Below are positions 49,833-62,259 of a DNA stretch of 64,000 bases, one piece after another. A program made the translations under genes and the position numbers. Location of the stretch: the NCBI GenBank assembly GCA_964016885.1, contig OZ024741.1, positions 78,368,001-78,432,000 of the forward strand, written 5' to 3'. How positions within the stretch are numbered: the stretch's first letter is position 1; each line of letters begins with the position of its first letter. The notes below the pieces were generated by a model. That model did no database searches. It was given only the letters and a program-made list of their open reading frames with translations, and was not told where the DNA came from. The stretch is from Eledone cirrhosa. Taxonomy: Eukaryota.

Positions 49833-49871
<39 letters not shown>

Positions 49872-50121
49872 GGTACATTGTACCCTCAGATATATATTAA
49901 CCTTATTCAACAATCTCCAGTATGTAGAGATAAATCTTTGTCGTTCTATTTAGTTGCTAAAAATCTTTTTAGTAGCGATCATAGACGGCTAGTCTATGAT
50001 TTCCCGCCTTCACTATACACCAATGTATTTACGGGTCACTTTCACGACCTTTCAGACCTGTATTAGTTGGAGTGAGGTCATATATTTTGTCGTTCCTGGG
50101 GTTTTTAACCCTAGGACAGGA

Positions 50122-50211
50122 AAATGCTTCTCTGATGATCGTTGCTTTTCCATTAATATCCTCGTGATATTTAATGTTTTGCACCGTGAAACTGTACAGT
50201 TAGGGCCATTT
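50122..50211 (+). ncRNA. Type I hammerhead ribozyme candidate with long stem II, in a ~450-bp segment between (TA)n tracts
   Basis: AAAUGCUUCU-CUGAUGA(50132-50138)-uCGuUGC..CAUUAAUAUC/GAUAUUUAAUG..GCAcCGu-GAAA-CUGUACAG-UU-AGGGCCAUUU. Stem III is the palindrome ACUGUACAGU. Confidence 0.7.
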
Positions 50212-50320
50212 GAATAGGTAAATATTTATATTATATTTTTTAATTTTGATTAATTTTAATTGTATATTAATTTTGATTTATTTTGAAAAATTGGTTGAAT
50301 TTTACTTGTTCTGCTTATCT

Positions 50321-50367
<47 letters not shown>

Positions 50368-50519
50368 AATAAATCTAAGGTAAAAGACGAATTGTCAACA
50401 ATATATTTTGCAATTGCATTCTTTTTTCTATGTCCATACCTGCATTGTTTGGCTTTATTATACATATTCAAACGTTTATACCTCATTACACAATGCTTCA
50501 AGTGAACTATAACCTCCTC

Positions 50520-50563
<44 letters not shown>

Positions 50564-50628
50564 TCATACATTAAATATATTATAATCGCACGCACACAGA
50601 CACACATATATAAATGTATAGTCTACAG

Positions 50629-51271
50629 CACAAGTTCTCAACCCATTTTGGCCAAACGCCCCCTTTTGTCCCTCAAAATCACGAAACGCCCCCCACCCGC
50701 CACCCTATTTTTTCATTTTTCAATATACTACTGATTTTTATATCAGTAGATTACTAAAAAATTGATTAACAATATTCCAAACATGTGTGTATTATCTGAT
50801 TATGTGTTGTATGTGGTCCTAGATGTGTGTTCTACTCGCTTCTGTTTTTTTCTTTTCTTTTTTTTTATTTGTAATATTATTTATACAATAGGGAATAAAA
50901 TAGATCTACATAGTGTTAATTCGTTACGGTTGAGTCAATAATTTCAGACATGAAATACATTGTTATCGGTGAAGGAAAGATAAGATTCTAACTGGCTGCG
51001 CTCAAAGTGTCTTTGACTCAGTTGACTGTGGGTTTTTCCATGTTTAGGATCTTAATTACCGCAGACAGCTTAACTATAGTCTGACCGCAGCTGTGAGCAG
51101 GTGTGCAGGCATGTCCGGTAATTGAGATCCTAAAAATAGAAAAACCCAGCACCCCCCTAACCTCCTCCCCCAGCTCCAAACGCCCCCCTAATGCGACCTT
51201 GCTCCCAAATGCCCCCCTGGAGTTCCGAAACGCCCCCCGGGGGTGCATATGCCCCCTGTTGAGAACCTTAG
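50629..51271. mobile_element. Non-autonomous hAT (Charlie-like) DNA transposon
   Basis: Imperfect TIRs CACAAGTTCTCAAC / GTTGAGAACCTTAG, perfect 8-bp TSD GTCTACAG (50621-50628 and 51272-51279), and subterminal AACGCCCCC repeats. Confidence 0.85.
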
Positions 51272-51577
51272 GTCTACAGTACTTCAGTTAAACTTGAATA
51301 AGACATTTTATGTAGTTCCCACAGTCTATGTATGAGATGTGTGTGCAGATGGATATGTGTCGGTATGTCTATGTATATATATCAATAAGTGTGTGCACAA
51401 ATGTATACCTGAGAGAGTGTGTGTATGTGTGTGTGTGTTTCAGAATACAAACAGGGGGAAAAAGTACTCAAGACAGATTTATATATTCATTGTATCCCAA
51501 ACTTAGTTGCTAGTCTTAGATTCATTTCTCACATGCATTCATATACATACATACATATATATACATACAAATAGATA

Positions 51578-51930
51578 TGGAGGCACATGGCTTAGTGGTT
51601 AGAGCATTGGCCTTGCAATCGAAAGGTTGTGAGTTCAATTCTCAGACCGGGTGATGTTTTGTTTCCTTGAGCAAGACACTTTATTTCACATTGCTTCAGT
51701 TTACTCAGCTGTAGAAATGAGATGATAGGACTGGGGTCCCTATCATTCCACTGCAAAGTGGTCGTGGAGGTGCCATGGCAAAAAAGCACCCAGCCCACAC
51801 TGTAAAGTGGACGTGTAGGCGCCACGGAAAAAAGCACCCAGCACTGTAGAAATCAAGCCAGAATCAGTTCCCGTCCCACCCTTGCAAGCAGGGAAAAGCG
51901 GACGTAAAATGATGATGATGATAATGATGA
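51578..51930 (+). mobile_element. tRNA-derived CORE-like SINE with RTE tail
   Basis: Near-identical head to 6846-7180; (GAT)n tail. Confidence 0.85.
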
Positions 51931-52519
51931 TGCAGACTCGTGGTATGCAAAAATACAAAAGTCCCAACCACCAATACGAGCACTGTGACACCAAAAGTAA
52001 GTGTAGTGAGAGACTGAAGGCTAGACTATTTGGCAACCAAATGGAAACAATGTAGGGTTTAAGAAGACTCTTTAGTCTGGCCAAGCATGTGACAACCTTT
52101 CTAGTGCTTGTGTCATAATAAAATACATTCAGTACACCCTGTAATTGTAATGGGGTCACATTAGTGACATGACAAAAATCACCTGGCCTACCCTGTAAGG
52201 TGGTTGTGCTCGTGAAATGATGAAAAAGTGCCCAGTCCAACTTGTCAGTTGGTTGTTTTGGTGTCATGATAAAAAGCACCCAGTTCACTCTGTAAGGTGA
52301 TTGGTATTAGGAAAGGTATTAAGCTACAGAAAACAAACCAAATATGGAAAGTATGGGTAAGATGAGGACGCTCCAACCTATCTGGTCTAAGACAATGACA
52401 AATACACCCAACCCATTCAAGAGTAAAAAACAGACATAAACGGTGATAATGATAATCATCATCATCATCATCATCATCATCATTCAACCTCCTGTTTATA
52501 TATTTACTAAAATCCTTGT

Positions 52520-53300
52520 AAATAGTAAAGTAGACAGGATCCAGCTACCAACAAGCAAATTGCCATGCTTGATATGCAGAAAAAGAGTAAGTAGGAATTC
52601 CATATGATCTACTCAGTGTAAAAAATGGGTCTACAAGAGGTGTAGTGGGACTACAAGTAAGATGATAAAGAAGATAGATTTCCCTTGTAGCAGATATCCA
52701 GGAATTATTAGCAATTAAAGAATCAATAAAATAGAGTCTTCCAAATACTTGAAAGGCTACATAGAAGAAATCAATAAGTTATGATGCCCAGGTGATCTAA
52801 ATAGCAAAGGGGGAAGGTGCTTTTACAGCATAGTAGTGATAATAAGAACAGGGTGAAAAAGGGAGCTATTACTTCTACTGGCAACAAAGAGATTCTTTCT
52901 TTGAATGAAAGCTAGATTGTATGATGTGTGTACATAGTGCAATGTTACATGATAGTGAGATTTATGCACAGAATACAGAGGATATGCAAAGGTTAGAAAG
53001 AAATTAATCAAGCATGTTCCATTGGTGCACATTAACTAGGGATAGATAAGTTGAGAGTGTAAGAGGTATCAGCTGTTGAGTGCAGGAGAGAAGTTTGTAC
53101 TAGCATAGACATGTAATGCATATGGATGATGATCATTAGGTGAAGAAGTGCCAAGAGTTCCAAATTGAAGTAAGCTATAGAAGCATAAGACAAAGGAAGA
53201 CTTAAGCAGAAGTAGTTAAAGTTGATCTCAAAATGCTGAACCTCACAAGGGAACTGTCAAAGGAACATGACATGTGGCAAGATACAGAACTGAAGACCTA
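52520..53300 (+). mobile_element. Highly decayed RTE LINE 3' part
   Basis: Residual similarity to the finger and C-terminal region of the RTE ORF. Another RT remnant is at ~59990-60360. Confidence 0.65.
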
Positions 53301-53893
53301 TGGAAAAATGGTCATAAAAAGGATGATCAAAATGCTATTATGTATATTTATACACACACACGAGTCTATACATATTTACACATACACACAAACATGATTC
53401 TATACATATTTACACACACACATTGGATGTGCAATGTAAATGTGAGAGAAAAGAAGAGCTTGGATGAACTGAGGGAGAAACTGGTTTTAAGAGGAATCCG
53501 AAGTGGTGTGCAAGAGATAAGACTGCTGGTAGGAGCATGTGATGCACATGGATGATGATCACTGGTGCTTTGAATTACAGGTACAGTCCATCTGACAATT
53601 TCATTCACTAAGCATGAATCAGCTCGAGGCTTTGGCAAATGACAGCTGCCCAATATGTCACACGGTAGGTTCCAAGATGTCACATGGTAGGTTTGAACTC
53701 AGGACTTAATGATTTTGAAATGAACTGCTTAACCATTTGGCAATATACACAACCACACACATGCACAACCAAATACAGTTAATCAATATCAATAAATCAA
53801 TACTTACAAAAAGGATGACTAATTGTAAAACAAGATGGAAAAAATATACACTGTATGTATGAATAGACATAAAACAAAATGATGTGATGATGA

Positions 53894-53951
<58 letters not shown>

Positions 53952-54162
53952 ATATATATTTATATATGTGTGTGTGTGTATATATATATATGTAAATATA
54001 TCATCATCATCATCATCAACGTTTAACGTCCGTGTTCCACGCTTGCATGGGTTTGGACGGGGGTAGTCCCACTTGAGGCAAGAGTGATTGTCTTGCTCGC
54101 ATAGGACTGTCTGGCAGGTTTTCTACAGTTGGATGCCCTTCCTAACACCAACCACATTTACA

Positions 54163-54222
<60 letters not shown>

Positions 54223-54265
54223 ATATATATATATATATATTGAAAAATGTGTGAGATCCTTGGTA

Positions 54266-54446
54266 TTTGAAAAAAGGAAAATAATGACTTCACTTGAAGT
54301 TGGTATTCTATAACAATTTCATTTTATAATTTTACAATTTTATATTTTATGATTTTGCTATGTAGGAGGTACATAGCAAAATTATAAAATTAAATTGTTA
54401 TAGAATACCAACTATAAGTGAAGTCATTATTTCCCCTTTTTCAAAT
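54266..54446. repeat. Imperfect palindrome between (TA)n tracts
   Basis: TTTGAAAAA..AATAATGACTTCACTT..GTTGGTATTCTATAACAATTT is mirrored around GCTATGTA ggagg TACATAGC. Confidence 0.85.
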
Positions 54447-54490
54447 ATATATGTACATATGTATATGCATATACATATGTACATATATAT

Positions 54491-54524
<34 letters not shown>

Positions 54525-56347
54525 TTGTGTGTATGTGTGTTTAAATACATTGTTCTGTTTGGTTCTAATGGTAATCCTCAACAACATCAAAAAAAGAAAA
54601 TTGGTTAATTTAAACAACTTTAAATTCTAAAATGTAGAAAATGGTATATGTCCCTCAATATATCCCAAATAGTGAATGTAGCAGCAACAACAACACCAGC
54701 AACAACAACAACAAAGACAAACACACTATGATAGGAAACGAGACAATGAAAATTATAATATTTAAGATACTTTTTTAAAAGCTGCTTCCCAGTCTATCTT
54801 TCTATATCTTTGAATAAATCCAGTTCTCTGTTTACATCTCTTGAACAATTTGTTCAAATCTAAGTATCTGAGCCATTAGCATCATGGTGAGATAATTGTG
54901 GTTGGTGAAAGTGTTGGCTAGATGGTGTTTGTAGTGGTCTTAAAAGTATGTTAGTGGTGGTGGCAGGGGTAATGATGTTGACAGTGTGGTGGTGGTGGTT
55001 GTGGTGGTAATGGTAGTAATGATGTAGGTAGTATGTTGGTGGTGTTGGTAGTGTTAGAAATGATGTTGGTGGTGGCGTTGGTAACGATCTAAGTAGTAGG
55101 TTAATGTTGGTCATGATAGTATTAGTGTATATCATTGTGTGTTTGCCTCTGTATTAGGAGTGTTCTGAGAGAGAAGGAAAGAATATGTGTGCGTGTGAGT
55201 GAGAAAGAGAGAGAGTGTGTGAGTGATAGAAAGCACAAAGTTGACCTTGATTAAAAAAACAATAAAACTCCAAATATCCTCTCCTCTGTCATATGTCATT
55301 CTCACGAATGTCTACCATCCATCCTTTCAGGATGTGTGTGTATGTGTGTGTATATATGTAAATACATACTAGAGTTATACTGATTAATCGGCAAATAATC
55401 AGTATCAGTATCGGCAATACTGGCCATTTGGCTGATTAATTGGTATGTTTCGGCATTTTTTTTGCAGGTTAATTGATTTTAATTAACCATTATTGCTTTT
55501 TTGTGGATTGGCAGAATTGGTAGAGAGTCGAGCACCATACTTTGCAGCAAAGAGTTACGTCCCTTTACGTTCTGAGTTCAAATCCCACCGAGGTTAGCTT
55601 TGCCTGTCATCCTTATGGGGTCAATAAAATAAAGTACCAGTAACACACTGAGGTCAATTTAATCGACTTTCCCCTCCCCCAAAATTGCTGGCTTTGTGCC
55701 TAGATCAGAAACCATTATTATTGATAGCCATGTATGCTTGAGTAAGAAAACTATTGATGACAGAAATCCCTAAGTGAAAATAACATTTATTTTTCAGTTT
55801 TATCAATGTAATCACTTTCTATACCTATGAAATCCTCTCTTTACCAAATAGATGTTATTAAGACATCTATGAAGAGTCAAAGTCATGCAGTAACTAAATC
55901 CAAGTTTACATCTAAGAAGTTGGCATTGGTTAGATTAGGATCTATGATTATTTTAAATCCTATGTTAATAAAAGTGAGTGCAAATTATCCAGGAAATGCC
56001 CATTGCAGTTATGGGATAATAATAAAAATGAAAATTATTGTGTACAGTGCTCAGGTGCACTACAACTCATCAAAGGTGCATGTATCATCATCATCATCAT
56101 CACCGTTTTACGTCCGTTCTTCCACGCTAGCATGGGTTAGACGGGTTGTCCTGTTGTGGGCAGTGTCTGGTCGGCTGACCATGCCTTGCTCATACAGGAA
56201 CTGATTTGGCTTGATTTCTACAGCTGGATGCCCTTCCTAACACCAACCTCATTTACAGTGAGTGCTGTAGTAGATAGAATAATGTACAAATGTCAGGAAA
56301 GTGAACAGTGTATGAGTCATGTTATACACACACACACATACACAACC

Positions 56348-56681
56348 TGTGGTGTTAGTCCTTTAAGGAACTGAAAGCATATGCTTTCAGTTCCTTAGAG
56401 GACTAACACCACACTCTGGATCTGAACATATCAATGAATTAACAAGGTAAAATCTATTATTCCTGTTTTTTCTGTTCAAGTTCTTACTGCATGATGAGGT
56501 CATAGCTGTTGAATAATGGCGATCACTGAAATATATATAGCAGCGAATATGAATAAACGAAGGTAATTTATCCTCTTGAATTACGCTTCTTGTTTTTACA
56601 TTGCTCCTGTTTAAACAGACCAACCTGCGCACTTCGTTGATGCTCCAACCTGCATATTGAAGTGTTGGTAAACACATACTC

Positions 56682-56690
<9 letters not shown>
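56348..56690 (+). mobile_element. Diverged relative of the 19395-19880 element: a 66-bp hairpin followed by a degenerate hammerhead; ends at (TA)n
   Basis: Hairpin at 56348-56413. Motif ACUGC-AUGAUGA-GGUCA..CACU-GAAA-UAUAUA-UA-GCAG at 56486-56543. 56595-56690 matches the reverse complement of 19398-19497. Confidence 0.75.
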
Positions 56691-56730
<40 letters not shown>

Positions 56731-57094
56731 TACATATATTCATAACTACAGTGAACTTCTTTGTTTCCTTACAACTTTTGTAAAAAGTCGTATTTTGCAG
56801 ATATAATTTCTGAATGTGTGAAGTATGATTACGATGATAATATTGAAAAAAAATATTGCCATTTTTACTCATGGAAGCTACTGGAACCATTTGTATGTAT
56901 TTCTATCTTTTTGTCTATTTATCTACCCATCTGTTTTTCTAGCATCCATCAATCCATATCTATCAGTCCATTTTTCTCTTTCTCTATCTACCCCCCCCCC
57001 CCCCCCCCCACCGTCCTTGCCTCTCTCTCTGTGAGTGTATGTAATCTAATTTTTCAAAAGAAAAAAATCAAATATGAAATTAATTGAAAAAAGT

Positions 57095-57100
57095 TTTATT
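57095..57100 (-). terminator. Candidate polyadenylation signal of the fuzzy gene
   Basis: AATAAA on the minus strand ~200 nt after the stop codon. Confidence 0.45.
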
Positions 57101-57301
57101 AAGCTACAAACATCAATACATTTTGTGTGTGTGTGTTAGAAGGAATGACGTTTTTTACATAAGAAATAACATTTTTGTTAAGATTAAAGAAATCTGTTAC
57201 TTATCAACCAAAACTAAAAGTGAAGTTCTATAACAAATCCTCTTTGGTTGGATTTGTAACAATTGTGATTAAGAAAAGATTTCTATTATTGGTAACTCCT
57301 G

Positions 57302-58567
57302 TTAAATTTGAATGGATTTATCTTTAGTAAGCATAGACAGTGTCTTCTGTGTGACACTGCGCATGGCATATGTTGGAACATCATTGTTATAAAGAATAAA
57401 GAATTGATATGGTAGAGACTGAATGGCATAGCACTTGTGGGTGTTTGTTATAATGTAGGTCTCTGTAGCATTGTGGCTCAATTTGGAAGGATCTGTGTTA
57501 CTCTGATCAATTGTGGAAGTAAAAAATGAACCGATGATCTGATGATAGAAACTTCTCAAGATTTCTATCCGTTTTTTTCTGGATAAAGTTTTTTTGTCTT
57601 TAGTTTCTTCTAGCTCTGGTGAAATCGTACTCAGGCATCGGTGAGTTTCATTATTTAGTAACAGAAACCCAAGGATGTTTGGATCAATGGGTGTTGTCAT
57701 TTGAAAATTTTGTGGATAAACTTGATGTACTGATTTCAAAGTGTCAAGAGCTGGTTTCCAGAACCTTGTTATTTCTCTCTCTAGTTTTCCTAAAGTTGGG
57801 TTTGAACCACATAAGAGACATACTTGGACATCTTTTATCAAGTTGAAAATGAGTAGACGATATGGAACTGTAGGACTTTCATCCGTCAAGTATATAGGTA
57901 TATCTTGGGAAATGCACTTTGAAAGCTTTTTGGTTGAGGTGGAGGCATTCACTGTTGATGAATCAGCCAACATATTAAGTAGTATTAGCTCAGTTGCAGA
58001 TAAATTCCACCACCTGCGTGTTGCAATAGCAACCTTTTTGTGGACTGTTAAACACCCAAAGGGTGTTTCTGTGGCATCACAAAAAGCATCCAAGAAGTTT
58101 TGAAGCGGAAGGCAGTCAGGTGCTGAAATGATTTCAACAGTGTTTGTCATAGCAGAGAAACAAGCACTGTTCACTTGGTTCAACAGGTCATCAATCAGTT
58201 TAAAACAGACTTTAATTTCATTTTTGAACCTTTCTGGATTTTTAATGTTAAAAACTTCTTCTTGACCACAGAAAAAAACAATAACATTGAAGATGATTCT
58301 CAGAAAGTTTCCAATATGGCAGTCTGAGATGTAATATTCATCAGTAATTAGTATCAAAGTAATGCTGTCCTGAAATACTTTCCAAAACACTTTAGAATTT
58401 TCTGTAGTAGTTGACTGCAGTTCCATATCTCTTGAGGCAGCAAACATTTGAATACCATTTAATGTACCAATGAGTGGGAAGGGAAGCTGCCGTTTAGTTC
58501 CTTTGTTTCGTGTAAATAGTGGCACACCTCCACATGTTGTCAAGCACATTAAACTACAAGCCTCCAT
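57302..58567 (-). CDS. FUZ: Protein fuzzy homolog (planar cell polarity / CPLANE effector with longin domains); uninterrupted CDS
   Basis: 421 aa. Motifs: N-terminal LMCLT..GGVPLFTR...LPFPLIGTLNG..MF, WKVFQDSITLIL, AT..WWNL, DIPIYL...SPTVPYRLL...L...V.VCLLCG..P.L. Kozak-like ACCATGG. Confidence 0.9.
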   Translation of the reverse strand: MEACSLMCLTTCGGVPLFTRNKGTKRQLPFPLIGTLNGIQMFAASRDMELQSTTTENSKVFWKVFQDSITLILITDEYYISDCHIGNFLRIIFNVIVFFCGQEEVFNIKNPERFKNEIKVCFKLIDDLLNQVNSACFSAMTNTVEIISAPDCLPLQNFLDAFCDATETPFGCLTVHKKVAIATRRWWNLSATELILLNMLADSSTVNASTSTKKLSKCISQDIPIYLTDESPTVPYRLLIFNLIKDVQVCLLCGSNPTLGKLEREITRFWKPALDTLKSVHQVYPQNFQMTTPIDPNILGFLLLNNETHRCLSTISPELEETKDKKTLSRKKRIEILRSFYHQIIGSFFTSTIDQSNTDPSKLSHNATETYIITNTHKCYAIQSLPYQFFILYNNDVPTYAMRSVTQKTLSMLTKDKSIQI

Positions 58568-58652
58568 GGTTGTTAACTGATTTTAATACATGTGCATTGA
58601 CAATACAACTTGCATTTACACCTTGATGACTGACAAACCGAACACAGACTTG

Positions 58653-58682
58653 CTAAATGTAAAAAACAAAACAAAAATAAAA
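58653..58682 (-). other. 3' splice acceptor in the fuzzy 5' UTR
   Basis: Minus strand TTTTATTTTTGTTTTGTTTTTTACATTTAG|, 85 nt upstream of the ATG. Confidence 0.65.
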
Positions 58683-59081
58683 CATTGTTAGATCACTGTC
58701 ATGATAATAGGGATCCTTACATTTCCCCAGCCAGATAACATACATCTGAATGATATATACTCTATATACTCGTGTATAAGGTGCATTTTTTCTACAAAAA
58801 CATGATCTGAAAAACCAGCATGTAGACTTATCTATTGGATCTACAAAACATAAATTCAAAATACATTATAAATGTTTTTGTAAAATGGATGTGACTTATC
58901 TATCTGTGACATACACATGAATACATATGGTATATATATATATATATATATATATGGATGTATATATAATGTATTTTGCAATACACTTTATGCTTAATTA
59001 AAAGCATTTTGAAGACCGTAAGCTATTGTTTTAAAGTAGTGACAAATTCACTCACTTTGATCTCAGCAAACAGGGGAGATA

Positions 59082-59125
59082 AGCCGACAAGACTTGTTTC
59101 GCTTTGGTTGAAGCTTATCAAGGCC
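59082..59125 (-). ncRNA. Hammerhead ribozyme, U3-A8 core variant (mirror copy)
   Basis: Reverse complement of 59219-59262. Confidence 0.7.
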
Positions 59126-59218
59126 AACTACCCCACCTGTTTACTGAGATCATTGATGTTATATTCTTATAGAAATCTAGTAAATAATCAGGAGCTGATT
59201 ATGCAGAGCGGGGTAGTT

Positions 59219-59262
59219 GGCCTTGATAAGCTTCAACCAAAGCGAAACAAGTCTTGTCGGCT
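59219..59262 (+). ncRNA. Hammerhead ribozyme, U3-A8 core variant
   Basis: GGCC-UUGAUAA-GCUU caacca AAGC-GAAA-CAAGuCUUG-UC-GGCU. Confidence 0.75.
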
Positions 59263-59422
59263 TATCTCCTCTGTTTGCTGAGATCAAAGTGAGTGAATTT
59301 GTCACTACTTTAAAACAATAGCTTACGGTCTTCAAAATGCTTTTAATTAAGCATAAAGTGTATTGCAAAATACATTATATATACATCCATATATATATTG
59401 CTATTTCAAAGCTCCAATTCTA

Positions 59423-59486
<64 letters not shown>

Positions 59487-61022
59487 TGGAATTGTTAAGA
59501 TATAGAATAATAGATAAGAACAAACATTTTCTAATATAGTAGAATCAAGTTTATTAATAATAATGAGTTGACTAGGATTTGTAGGTAGTTTTTGAGAAAT
59601 TGTAGAGAAGCTTGAGTGGAGGCCTGTGGATGTGTGCCATGTGCATGAGGTAAGATAGAGAGGAACTTCACCCAAACTCTTCATGAGCAAGGAACATAGG
59701 TACAAATTCTTCTGATAGTTAGCAGCTATGGCATAAGTGGTGAACTATTGGCAGAGAAATTGATGGATAAAGTAATCAAAGAAGTCAGCATATGTGATAA
59801 GATAATTAAGCTTTTGTTAGCATGGAAAATGGACGTTAAACAATGATGATGATGATGATTAGTCTTGGATAATACAATTGTTACTTTTATCAGATGAGCA
59901 GAGAGACCACTTCCAGGGTTCTCCTGCAGATTATCTCAATGACTAGTGACAGTGATAGCATTATCTTAGTTGGTGACTAATGAACATTTTGGGCAGCATC
60001 AGGATAGATTCATGTGCATGGAGGTACAGAATTAATCTTGAAGTGATGATGCAGTTTGGTTTTGTGCCAGAGTGAAGCACTCCCAATGCCATCTTCCTAG
60101 TGAGAAAAACTGCAGAAATTCTTAGCTAAGAGTAAGCCCCTATGCTTAATATTCATTAACCTGATATAAGCCTTTGCCAGAGACCCATGTTCTGTAATTT
60201 GGTGATCACCATAGGAAGCTAGGGATAGATGAATGGCTTGTGTGGGTCATACAAGCCATGTACAGAGGTGCAGTTGGCAATTAGTAGAGCAACAAATTTA
60301 GTGTGTATGTAGCTCATCAACTCATCAGCCCACTCCTGTTTAGTATAACTCTCCAGTACCTTTTTATGTGTAGAAACTGTATGGACATCTGAAATAGCTG
60401 ATGATCAAGCAATGTTATTTATACTTTCTTTCATATTTATCTGTTCATTATTACCATCTTTTTATCATACCATTTTTTTATGTTCTTTGTTTTTACTGAC
60501 TCTGTGCTATTCTTTTATTTTTGTCTGTTTGTTATTGTCATCTCTGTCTTTTTTAAATAATTGTTTCTATTTTTGGCACACGGCCAGCAATTAACCCAGT
60601 GTATTACTGGTACTTTATTTTATCGACCCCGTAAGGATGAAAGGCAAAGTTAACCTCGGCAGGAGTTGAACTCAGAACGTAAAGGGCCATAACTCTTTGC
60701 TGCAAAGCATGTTGTCTGACGTTCTACCGATACTGCTAATCCACCACCACACACACATGTATATATACACACATAAGACATCTTGTGTATGTGTGTGTGT
60801 AAGGTAGCATTTAAATGTTTTATATTCAAGAACCTGATAGACTTGTAGGACACCACCATGCATTTAAAATGACTCTTCCAGAGAAATATCCATTCTAAAA
60901 ACTATCTTAATAGTTTGTGAATCACTACAACAGGAATTATGTTAAATACATACTCACACAATTAGTGGAGTAAATGGATAAATTGACAGGTAGTTAAATA
61001 GCCAAATACATAGGTACTTTGA

Positions 61023-61060
<38 letters not shown>

Positions 61061-62259
61061 GAGAGACAGAGAGACTAAGAGACAGACAAAAGACAGACAA
61101 ATATACAGAGATGAATAAGATAGACAAACATATAATTGGACAGGTGTGTGTGTGTGTGTGTACATTTATATGTATTGACAGATATATATTGTGTTTCTTT
61201 ACACACAAATGCACATTAAGATCAGTAATTAAAGAACATGCTAGCTATTATATCCATATGATTAATCAGGCAACTTACAATTATAGATACATTGGACTTA
61301 TGACCTGACAATAAGAATCTGACCCAAATTCCTCAAATTTAATCTTCAAATGACCTGATTATAATATGTAAGATATTTTAAAAGTTCAGCAATTGATCAA
61401 AGTTATTTTTATTTAAATACCTAAAGAAATCAACTGGTTTTTAGTTAGATAACACAAAAACAATATATTATTCATAAAGTGTTAACTTCTCAGCCCACAA
61501 ACTACTTCTTGTGTAGCCACTAAACAATAATGGGCACACATGTTACTAGACCCTTAAAACAACAAACAAACAGTAACCTTAGCTTCAACATTCCTTCTAA
61601 ATGAACAATACACCCCCCCCCCCCAAAAAAAAACGAAAAGAAGATTCCATATATAGAGGATTGGATTGACAGACAAATCACAACCCATTCTTCATCCTGA
61701 AACACACTTCAACAACTCACACTTGATGTTAAGAAGAATTAACATTGACCACGTAGGTTGAAGAAAGGGAGAAGCGATTATTTTGTTCATTGAGTTCCCT
61801 ACCACGAATACAAGATATGTTTTCCAACGGCTACAGTGAATCTGTCTGTTCAATTAACTTTGCCTTTCATCGGGATCGATAAAATAAAGCACCAGTAATG
61901 CACTGGGATAATTGCTGGCCTTGTGCCAAAAGTAGAAACAATTATTAATGACCTAACCATAATAGGACTCTGCAGACCACTTAAAGTATCTCTGCTGTGT
62001 TTCAACAAAATTAAATCCTTTACACAAAAATGTGATTTATGAAACATAATAATTGTTTCTACCTTTAGCACAATGCCAGCAATTATCCCAGTGCATTATT
62101 GGTACTTTATTTTATCGGCTCTGTAAGGATGAAAGGCAAATTTAACCGAGGCAGGATTTGAACTCAGACGGTAAAGGGCCGTAACTCTATACTGCAAAGC
62201 ATGGCGTTCGAGCCTCAACTGATACTGCCAATGCCCTGCCCTTTATGAAACATAATAAT

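Larger units (their letters stand above)
58945..59398. repeat. Long palindrome (~185-bp arms, ~75-bp spacer) with a variant hammerhead in each arm
   Basis: ~58950-59134 is the reverse complement of 59210-59398, with about one mismatch. (TA)n on both sides. Confidence 0.95.

Noticed and set aside
1719-61308. Many short ORFs rich in IYIY, CVCV, THTH, SSSS or DDDD
   Set aside because: They are translations of (TA)n, (CA)n and (GAT)n microsatellites.
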